Shown here: positions 18,718 through 26,020 of the stretch, one piece after another
Layout: the number at the start of each line of letters is the position of its first letter
Position numbering within the stretch: the stretch's first letter is position 1
Source: Rhabdothermincola salaria
Lineage (GTDB): Bacteria > Actinomycetota > Acidimicrobiia > Acidimicrobiales > Acidimicrobilacustridaceae
Direction of reading: 5' to 3'
Assembly: GCF_021246445.1 (NCBI RefSeq)
Contig: NZ_JAJQXW010000001.1
Location: 930,001 to 994,000, forward strand
DNA: 64,000 nt
Notes under the pieces: model-generated
Seen by the model: the letters and a program-made list of their open reading frames with translations, nothing else
The model's database searches: none
Told to the model about the DNA's origin: nothing
Translations under genes and position numbers: made by a program

Positions 18718-20433
18718 TCACTCGCCGGTGGTCGTGTCCGGCCCGGGCTCGGGGGCGGTCTCCGCGGCAGGCTCGGCCGCGGTCTCCGCGGCAGGCTCGG
18801 CCGCGGTCTCCGCGGCAGGCTCGGCCGCGGTCTCCGCGGCAGGCTCGGCCGCGGTCTCCGCGGCAGGCTCGGCAGCGGTCTCCGCGGCAGGCTCGGAGGC
18901 AGTGGGAGGCACGGACGGCGACGAGTCGCCTTCGGCCGGCGCCGCCCCGGCGCCGAGGGTCCCTGCGGGCTGCTCGCCGGCATCGAGCGTGCCGGCCGGC
19001 TGCTCGCCGGCATCGAGGCTCGCCGGCGCCGCCGCACCGGGCTCGAGGCTGGGCGGCGCGTCCGAGGGCGCCGGGGGAGCGGTGGCACCCTCCGCCGGAG
19101 CCTGGTCGGGAGCCACGGGGCGATCCTCGACGGGAGCCTCCGGGGCGGCCCCCGCGGCCGGGGCGGGCGGAGGCGGCTTGCGAGGCCCGCCCTTGCCCTT
19201 GGCCCGGGGCCGTCCGGGACGGGCCGACTTCGGCGCCTGGGGCGGCGCCTCGACACCGAACTGGGCGGCGATCTGCGGCACCCGCGACGCCGCCTTCTTG
19301 ACGGCGGCGAGGAGCTCGTCGGTGGGCTCGGCGGGGACGGCCTGGGCCGTCACCTGGGATCGCACCGGCGAGTAGGCCACCGCATCGATGACCGTGGCGA
19401 AGCGGTCGGGACCGGTCTCGGCGGTCATCGACGTCCCCGCGGCCTCCACCAGGCGGGTGGCCAGCTCGGCGGGGAAGGGGGCGCCGGCCTTGGGCGGTCG
19501 CGAGCTCAGTCGCAGCGCCCGCACGGAGCGGCCCTCGCGCAACATCTCGTCGATCTCGGCCAACCAGGCGGCGTGTTCGGCATCGACCCGCTCGGTGAGG
19601 GCGGTGCGGAGCTGCTCGGCGAGCTGACGGCTCTCCTCGTCACGGGCCCCCGCATCGGCGGCCACGACCACGGAGCGCAGGTCGCGCAGGTCGAGCTCGG
19701 CCACCTCGGCCAGGGCCGCCTCGGCCTTGTCGCGCCACTCGGCGGCGCGCAGGGCGGGCATCAGGTCCTCGGCCATGGCCAGCAGGGGAGAAGCGCTGAT
19801 CTCGGGCTTGCCCTCGGCGATGTTGGTCTCGTTCTGCTTCTCGACGGCCTGGCGCACGGCCGGGATGCCACCCCGGAGCACCTGCTCGGCGACGGGCCGC
19901 TGCTCCTCGGGAAGGGCGGCCAACGCCTCGTTGCGATGCACCCGGCCGGCCCGGAGCCGCTTGGGCTTGGGCTTGGGCTCGGGAGCCGGACGCTCGGGGC
20001 GGGGACGATCGCTGCGTCCGCCGCGCTCACGCCGTTCGCCGCTGCGGTCGCCGCGGTCCCCTCGACTGCGCTCGCCCTCGGGGCGGTCGCGCCGACCGCG
20101 ACCCTCGCGTCGATCACCGTCGCGGCCTCGCCGCTCGCCGCGCCCCTTGGGGGCGAGGGTGGTGGTGACCAGCTGCTCGTCGCGCCGGGGCGGGCCGAGG
20201 ATCTCGAGGCGCTCGGGCTCCTTGCGGGCCCCCTTGGGCGGGAGCACGGCCGTGATCACGATGCCGTCGATCAAGAAGTCGGCATCGGCGCGCACGACGT
20301 CGCCGACCTTGGCGCCGTCGTAGAGCAGGGTGCCGTCGAGATCCCCCTTGGGCTGCTTGGCCCCGGCGGCACGCCAGGTCCAGGTGCCGTCGTCACGGGT
20401 GCTGGTGAGCTCGACTTCGATCCTGCGAGACAT
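18718..20433 (-). CDS. Hypothetical protein with an R/D/G-rich linker and a repetitive tail (571 aa)
   Basis: Long ORF with GC3-biased codons and a TAGCGT box before the ATG; family not recognised. Confidence 0.8.
   Translation of the reverse strand: MSRRIEVELTSTRDDGTWTWRAAGAKQPKGDLDGTLLYDGAKVGDVVRADADFLIDGIVITAVLPPKGARKEPERLEILGPPRRDEQLVTTTLAPKGRGERRGRDGDRREGRGRRDRPEGERSRGDRGDRSGERRERGGRSDRPRPERPAPEPKPKPKRLRAGRVHRNEALAALPEEQRPVAEQVLRGGIPAVRQAVEKQNETNIAEGKPEISASPLLAMAEDLMPALRAAEWRDKAEAALAEVAELDLRDLRSVVVAADAGARDEESRQLAEQLRTALTERVDAEHAAWLAEIDEMLREGRSVRALRLSSRPPKAGAPFPAELATRLVEAAGTSMTAETGPDRFATVIDAVAYSPVRSQVTAQAVPAEPTDELLAAVKKAASRVPQIAAQFGVEAPPQAPKSARPGRPRAKGKGGPRKPPPPAPAAGAAPEAPVEDRPVAPDQAPAEGATAPPAPSDAPPSLEPGAAAPASLDAGEQPAGTLDAGEQPAGTLGAGAAPAEGDSSPSVPPTASEPAAETAAEPAAETAAEPAAETAAEPAAETAAEPAAETAAEPAAETAPEPGPDTTTGE
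18755..18896. repeat. 24-bp tandem repeat, about 6 copies
   Basis: Unit GCGGTCTCCGCGGCAGGCTCGGCC, encoding EPAAETAA on the - strand. Confidence 0.95.
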
Positions 20434-20518
20434 AGGTCTGACACGCTACCGCAGCCGACCGCAGCGCTCGACCGCTCGCCCCGGTGACCCGAGCCCCGCA
20501 CCCTATGCTCGTCGGGCG

Positions 20519-21226
20519 ATGAGCACCCCCGACGGCGAGACGCCCGAGTTCGACCAGCGACCCTTCAGCGCGCCGGCCGGCGCCACCGAGGTGCTGCTGG
20601 TGCGCCATGGCCAGTCGGCACCGTTCCGCCCCGGTGCGCCGTTCGCCCTGGTCGACGGACAGGGAGACCCGCCGCTGTCGGACTTCGGCCGGTGGCAGGC
20701 CGATCGGATCGCCGAGCGCCTCGCCGGCGAGTCCGTCGACGCCGTGTACGTCACCACCCTGCGGCGCACGGTGGAGACCATCGCCCCGCTGGTCGATCGC
20801 GTCGGCGTCGAGGCCCGGGTCGAGCCCGATCTGCGCGAGGTCCACCTCGGGGAGTGGGAGGGAGGCCTGTTCCGCCAGAAGGTGGCCGAAGGCCACCCGG
20901 CCCTGGCCCGGATGGACCGTGACCAGGACTGGGGGGCCATCCCGGGGGCCGAGCCGGTGGCCGCGCTGCGGGCCCGGGTACGGGGCGCCATCGAGCGGAT
21001 CCACGCAGCCCACCCCGACCAGCGGGTGGTGGCCGTGAGCCATGGCGGGGCCATCGGCGCGGTGCTGGCGGAGGCCAGCGGGTCGCGGTCGCTGGCCTTC
21101 TCGGGCGCCGACAACGCGTCGATCAGCCACCTGGTCATCCTCGGCGACCGCTGGATCGTGCGGCGCTTCAACGACACCGGCCATCTGGCCGGAGAGCTCT
21201 CGACCCGTCCCGACCAGCTCACCTGA
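20519..21226 (+). CDS. Histidine phosphatase (phosphoglycerate mutase family)
   Basis: LLVRHGQS, LREVHLGEWEG, VSHGG, NASIS, FNDTGHL. Confidence 0.92.
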   Translation: MSTPDGETPEFDQRPFSAPAGATEVLLVRHGQSAPFRPGAPFALVDGQGDPPLSDFGRWQADRIAERLAGESVDAVYVTTLRRTVETIAPLVDRVGVEARVEPDLREVHLGEWEGGLFRQKVAEGHPALARMDRDQDWGAIPGAEPVAALRARVRGAIERIHAAHPDQRVVAVSHGGAIGAVLAEASGSRSLAFSGADNASISHLVILGDRWIVRRFNDTGHLAGELSTRPDQLT

Positions 21227-21344
21227 CCCACCGACCCCACCCGTGGCTGTCGGGTCAGCGCGTCGGGGGGGCGTCCACACCCCGCCAGGTTGCGGATTCT
21301 CGAGGTGCACGGGGCACGATCCGGACGACGACCGATCCCTCCGG

Positions 21345-21372
21345 AGTGCCGATAATCCTCGTTATGTCTAGT
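21345..21372 (+). other. dif: Chromosome dimer resolution site dif (XerCD)
   Basis: AGTGCCGATAA-TCCTCG-TTATGTCTAGT has the 11-6-11 dif layout (E. coli GGTGCGCATAA-TGTATA-TTATGTTAAAT); intergenic, AT-rich, at the gene-orientation switch. Confidence 0.85.
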
Positions 21373-21690
21373 TATCCCGGTCAGTGCCCGGGTGGCGCCG
21401 CCGCCGACCTGACCGGCGCCGACATCGGCTCACCACCCCACCACGAACGGGTCATCACGCTGCGCCCCTCACGCCGCGAGCGCACTGGCTCCTGACGCCG
21501 TGCCTCGGCCGGATGCGAGACCAGGCCGAGACATCCGTCGCCGAGGGGCCCCGCCCCGCCGACCACGGCTGGGGGCCGAGGCCGGTGGGTGCCCGTGGAC
21601 GCCCGCGACAGCCCACCGCAGGACCGCCTCGCCGGGGCGCTCGAGCACAGACCGGCTCCTCCGCCCGAGGGCACCACAATCCGGCCATAA

Positions 21691-21706
21691 CGTCACCTGA
21701 CGCAAT
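21691..21706. promoter_or_regulatory. Palindrome-containing 16-mer, copy 1
   Basis: CGTCACCTGACGCAAT, identical to 23295-23310; overlaps a TAACGT -10-like box. Confidence 0.5.
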
Positions 21707-21780
21707 GACCGCAGCTGGTGGCGCGCCCCCCGTGGTGTGGGCGCGGCACCGCTCAGCGATCCCGTCGCTAGGTTGACCCC

Positions 21781-22881
21781 ATGCACCCCGGCCGATCACG
21801 CCGGCCGGGCCGAGCGCCCCGGCCCACACCTCGGTGGTCGGCGCTGGTGGTGGCCGGGCTCGCCGTCGTCGCCGCGTGCGCCGGCCCCGCCCAACCCACC
21901 GCGGTGGCCCCCACCAGCCAGGTGACCACCGCCAGCACCACGACCACGACCACGGGCCCCCGTGCCCCTCTCGAGGCCAGCGCGGCCGTCGCCGACGCCG
22001 TCACCGAGGCGGCCGAGGCCAACGGCCTGGTGCGCTGGCCGTCAGGGCGCCTCACGGTCACGGTCAGGGGCTCCATCACCCCCCGGGACTCCGAGATCCT
22101 CTCCGCCGCCGCCGCCGAGCTCGGCGCGGCCGCCGACCTCGTGCTCGAGGTGGGCTCGCACCCCGATCCCGACATCGACGTGCTGTTCGCACCACGGCCG
22201 GAGTGGCCCGCAGACCTCCAGGAGATCACCGATCACGTCCTCGGCGTCACCCGATCCACGTGGACGGGCGACGGCCTGCTCACCGAGGTCCGGGTGGCGA
22301 TCGACTCCAGCATCGGCCAGGCCGCCCGCAACGAGACCATCGTCCACGAGCTCGTGCACGCACTGGGGATCGGCCACGTCGCCTGCCCGACCTCCATCGT
22401 CCACGGCGGCGGCGAGGGTGCCCCTGGTTGGTCGCTGTCGCCCCTCGACCGTGACCTCGTGCGCACCTGGTACGCGCCCGAGCTGTCCCCCGGCGATGAC
22501 GCCGCCGCCGTCCGAGCCGACCTGGTGGTCGTGACGGGCGGACCCGAGTGCGAGGCGCCCGGCCTCGAGGCGGCCGAGACCCCCGAGGGCACCCTGTGGT
22601 GCGAGCTCACCGAGGGCGCCAGCCGACCGTGCGTCGTGGTCGACGGCCTGGGCGCCGAACCGGCTGTGCCGTTCGGCGCCGCCGCCGAGTGGTGGGTGAT
22701 GGACGGCATCGTCTTCGATCACGATCCCGACCGGTACGAGGCGTTCGTCTTCGAAGGCCGCCGCCTGCTGTGCGAGCGCACGCTCGAGGGACGCTGGCCG
22801 TGCCAGTTCACCGAGGGGCCGGGCCCGTTGACCGGCGTCGACGCCTGGACCGACGGCGACCTCGTCTACGACGCCCCCTGA
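21781..22881 (+). CDS. Putative lipoprotein zinc metallopeptidase
   Basis: Lipobox VAAC, Thr-rich linker, HELVHALGIGH (HExxHxxGxxH), Cys-rich C-terminal part. Confidence 0.7.
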   Translation: MHPGRSRRPGRAPRPTPRWSALVVAGLAVVAACAGPAQPTAVAPTSQVTTASTTTTTTGPRAPLEASAAVADAVTEAAEANGLVRWPSGRLTVTVRGSITPRDSEILSAAAAELGAAADLVLEVGSHPDPDIDVLFAPRPEWPADLQEITDHVLGVTRSTWTGDGLLTEVRVAIDSSIGQAARNETIVHELVHALGIGHVACPTSIVHGGGEGAPGWSLSPLDRDLVRTWYAPELSPGDDAAAVRADLVVVTGGPECEAPGLEAAETPEGTLWCELTEGASRPCVVVDGLGAEPAVPFGAAAEWWVMDGIVFDHDPDRYEAFVFEGRRLLCERTLEGRWPCQFTEGPGPLTGVDAWTDGDLVYDAP

Positions 22882-23300
22882 GCGATCGCACCCGGTGGTC
22901 GGACGTCGGGATCCTCGGCCCCGGTGCGGGGCTCGATCCACACCTCGGCGAGCGGTCGGGCGTTCTCCTGCAGCCAGGCCAGGGCTTCGGCCACCTCCCG
23001 CGGGTCCGAGGATCGCTCGAGGTCGCGCTCGACGTCCTCGAGCGCGGCCTGCAGGCAGTACAGCCGGCCCTGGAGGTCCTCGAGCCGTTCACGATCGACG
23101 ATGACGTCGGCGTCGCCGAGGCCGTGGGCCCCGGCGAGCTTGCGGGCCAGGTACGCCTGCTGGCGACACCCGGCCCGGCAGTAGCGCCGCGGACGCCCCG
23201 CACCGCGGCGCTCGGGCAGGTTGCGGCCGCACCAACGGCACCGCCGCGCCGGATCGCTCCCCTGTCGGCCGGGACCCGGCCCCGCGCTGGATTCCGTCAC
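22866..23300 (-). CDS. Zinc-finger protein with a helical C-terminus, possibly DNA-binding
   Basis: CRWC...GRPRRYCRAGCRQQAY; GTG 7 nt after a TAGATT box. Confidence 0.75.
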   Translation of the reverse strand: MTESSAGPGPGRQGSDPARRCRWCGRNLPERRGAGRPRRYCRAGCRQQAYLARKLAGAHGLGDADVIVDRERLEDLQGRLYCLQAALEDVERDLERSSDPREVAEALAWLQENARPLAEVWIEPRTGAEDPDVRPPGAIAQGAS

Positions 23301-23310
23301 CTGACGCAAT
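23295..23310. promoter_or_regulatory. Palindrome-containing 16-mer, copy 2
   Basis: Covers the predicted transcription start and GTG of the zinc-finger gene. Confidence 0.5.
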
Positions 23311-23346
23311 CTAGCGGCGGGGTCGGGTCCCGTGGGTGATCCCCGA

Positions 23347-24552
23347 TCAGCCGGTGAAACGGGGCGTCACCACCACACCTGGCCCCGACGGGGTCGGCGC
23401 GGTGCTCGCCGGAGCGACCTCGGTGGTCGTGCTCGTCGTGCTCGTCGTGGTGGTGGTGCTGGCGGGGGGCGGCGGTGGCACCGGCAGCGGGAACGGGGCC
23501 AGGGCCAGACCCCACACCCCCTGGTAGGTGGCGAACACGTCGGCGAAGCCGTCGCTGAAGGGCGACGACAGGGCTCCGGCATCGGCGCCCGAGGCGATGA
23601 CCCAGGTCTCCAGCGACACGAGGGGGTCCTGGCCCCCGACCGCCCACTCGCCCAACGGCTCGCCGAGCGCCACCAGGGCCTGCAGGACCACGGCGGTCGA
23701 GTTCGGGTCGGCGCCGAAGCTCAACAGGTCGAAGGCGAAGCCGCCGCGGTGGGTGCCGTCGTCCTCCTGGAGCTGGCTGAAGAAGGTGCCCGGGTCGGTG
23801 TCGAGCAGCCCCAGCGCGTCCGTGGCCGCCAGGGCCTGCACCGCGAAGGAGGTGTTGTTGCTGTCCGGGCTCAGGTACTCGGGATCACCGACGACCACGC
23901 AGTCGGCCAGCCCGGCACCCTCCGGCGCCCGGTATCCCTGCCAGCCCCCGAGGGTCTCGGCCGGCCCTTCACCGGCACCGCACTGCTGGTCGGCGAGCCA
24001 TCCGAGCGAGCCGGCCGGGACGGTCTCGCCGGCCGCGACCAGGCCGAGCACGGCCAGCGACTGCAGCGTCGCGGACGAATAGGAGTCGGGGACACCGAAC
24101 AGGCCGGTCTCGGATACCTCGTAGGTGGCCAGCGTCCGCCCGACGAGATCGGTGCCGGGTGACCCGAAGGCCCGGGGGTCGCGCTCGGTGGCGACGGCCA
24201 GCATGGTGAGGTAGCCGAGTCGACCCGGGTTGTCGACGCCCCCCACCACGGCGTAGTCGTCGACACGGGCCTCCAGGTAGCCCATGGCGGCGTCGAGCGC
24301 CTCGGGCTGCGTGCCGGTGGTGGCCAACGACAAGGCCACGTTCACCGTCCAGCTCACGGAGGGCACGCCGGGGTCGTAGGGGTTCTCCACCGACCCGTCG
24401 GGACCCACGAGGCCGGCCAACCAGGCGGTGGCCGGCCCGGCCGCCGGCGACGACGCCGAGGTGGGGCTGGGCACGACCAGCGCGCCGAGCACGGCGGCGA
24501 TCGTGACGACGACCACCAAGAGGCGTCGTCGGGTCGGGTGCAACAGGGTCAT
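23347..24552 (-). CDS. Exported prenyltransferase/squalene-cyclase-repeat-like protein, B12-regulated
   Basis: Signal peptide, repeats DSNNTSFAVQALAA and DPNSTAVVLQALVA, WLADQQC, P/T-rich tail ending TPRFTG. Confidence 0.7.
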   Translation of the reverse strand: MTLLHPTRRRLLVVVVTIAAVLGALVVPSPTSASSPAAGPATAWLAGLVGPDGSVENPYDPGVPSVSWTVNVALSLATTGTQPEALDAAMGYLEARVDDYAVVGGVDNPGRLGYLTMLAVATERDPRAFGSPGTDLVGRTLATYEVSETGLFGVPDSYSSATLQSLAVLGLVAAGETVPAGSLGWLADQQCGAGEGPAETLGGWQGYRAPEGAGLADCVVVGDPEYLSPDSNNTSFAVQALAATDALGLLDTDPGTFFSQLQEDDGTHRGGFAFDLLSFGADPNSTAVVLQALVALGEPLGEWAVGGQDPLVSLETWVIASGADAGALSSPFSDGFADVFATYQGVWGLALAPFPLPVPPPPPASTTTTTSTTSTTTEVAPASTAPTPSGPGVVVTPRFTG

Positions 24553-24676
24553 GGGGATCCTCGATCGGTCGGGGCGGACGAGACGCCTCCCCCGCTCCCC
24601 CACGCTCGGCCCGCTCGACCGACTCGCAGATTCCCGGGCTCGGCACCGCAGTCCGCGACGGTGCATGCAGAGCTCT

Positions 24677-24775
24677 CGTGACCGGTCAGGTGATCCGACT
24701 CGCCGAGGGTCACCCCTCGACACACGGTTGCGGGACAGCGCCGGACTCTCACCGGACTTCCCCTCACCGGGCACG
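24677..24775 (-). ncRNA. Cobalamin riboswitch
   Basis: GGGAAGTCCGGTGAGAGTCCGGCGCTGTCCCGCAACCGTG...GAGTCGGATCACCTGACCGG with a closing P1 stem CGTGCCCGG/CCGGTCACG. Confidence 0.88.
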
Positions 24776-24895
24776 TGTTCGTGTAGCGCTCGCCATCCGA
24801 GCACGCCCGCCCACCCGCCGTCAACCACGCTCCTACACTCGGGACCGAGACGGGGCTCGGGGGATCGACCCCACCCTCGAGGCGAGGAGGCTGCG

Positions 24896-25693
24896 ATGGG
24901 CGACCACACCACGAACGACGAGCTCTTCGACGAACGCAAGCCGCTGCTCTACACCCCGGCGACCTTCGACGACCCCGCCGCCGAGCGGCGCCACCGCCAG
25001 GAGCGCCTCGCCGCCGCCTTCCGCCTCTTCGGCCGGTTTGGCTTCGGGGAGGGCGTGGCCGGGCACATCACGGTGCGCGACCCCGAGTTCGACGACCGCT
25101 TCTGGCTCAACCCCTTCGGCATGGACTTCCGGCTGATCCGCACCTCGGACCTGGTGTGCGTCGACCACGAGGGGCGGATCGTCCACGGCGACCACGCCAT
25201 CAACCAGGCGGCGTTCGCCATCCACTCCCAGGTGCACGCCGCCCGTCCCGACGTGGTGGCCGCCGCCCACACCCACTCCGTCCACGGCAAGGCCTTCTCG
25301 TCACTCGGTCGCCTGCTCGACCCGATCACCCAGGACGCGTGCGCCTTCTACGGCGACCACGTGCTGTTCGACGACTTCACCGGCGTCGTGCTCGACCCCA
25401 TGGAGGGCAAGCGCATCGCGGCCGCCCTCGGTGACCACAAGGCCGCCATCCTGCGCAACCACGGGCTGCTCACCGTCGGCCATTCCGTCGACGAGGCAGC
25501 GTGGTGGTTCATCACCATGGAGCGCACCTGTCAGGCCCAGCTGCTGGCCATGGCCGCCGGCGACCCCATCTCGATCGACGCCGACGCCGCCGCCCTCACC
25601 CAGACCCAGGTTGGCGGTCACTTCGCCGGCTGGTTCTCCTTCCAGCCCCTCCACGAGGTGATCGTGCGAGAGCAGCCCGACCTGCTCGACTGA
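24896..25693 (+). CDS. Class II aldolase/adducin family protein
   Basis: EGVAGHITVRDP, AFAIHSQVH, AAHTHS, LRNHGLL; GAGGAGG RBS. Confidence 0.92.
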   Translation: MGDHTTNDELFDERKPLLYTPATFDDPAAERRHRQERLAAAFRLFGRFGFGEGVAGHITVRDPEFDDRFWLNPFGMDFRLIRTSDLVCVDHEGRIVHGDHAINQAAFAIHSQVHAARPDVVAAAHTHSVHGKAFSSLGRLLDPITQDACAFYGDHVLFDDFTGVVLDPMEGKRIAAALGDHKAAILRNHGLLTVGHSVDEAAWWFITMERTCQAQLLAMAAGDPISIDADAAALTQTQVGGHFAGWFSFQPLHEVIVREQPDLLD

Positions 25694-25773
25694 CGCCGCC
25701 CACCGGCGCCCGCGCGGTCACCGGTCGACGCTTCGGGGGTTGTACCCTCGTCGCACAACCGACGCCGACCACC

Positions 25774-25968
25774 GCGTGCGGGAGAGACCCGGTCGCGGCC
25801 CTCGGGCCACGGCCGGGCGCCGAAGGAGCAACCGCCCCGGAAACTCTCAGGCACCCGTACCGCACGCACCAGGCAACTCTGGAGAGCAGCCTCGCGAGGG
25901 GCTCACCGACGGGGAAGGTCACGACGCCCACGGGCGCCGGGCGAAAACTCTCAGGTCCAACGACAGAG
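25774..25968 (+). ncRNA. Tandem glycine riboswitch (two aptamers)
   Basis: GGAGAG...CGCCGAAGGAGCAA...AAACTCTCAGGC (25774-25867) and CTCTGGAGAG...CACCGACGGGGAA...AAACTCTCAGGT...CAGAG (25877-25968), upstream of gcvP. Confidence 0.93.
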
Positions 25969-26020
25969 CGGGGTCCCCCACCCGATCCGGCGCGCCCGCC
26001 GGCACCGAGAGGACCCGACC

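Noticed and set aside
18755..18896. 24-bp repeats as a CRISPR array
   Set aside because: Head-to-tail with no spacers, in frame within a CDS, and no cas genes
21380..21690. Known ncRNA (RNase P, tmRNA, SRP, Ms1) or small ORFs beside dif
   Set aside because: No hallmark motifs, and the ORFs have non-coding-like composition; an unknown RNA cannot be excluded
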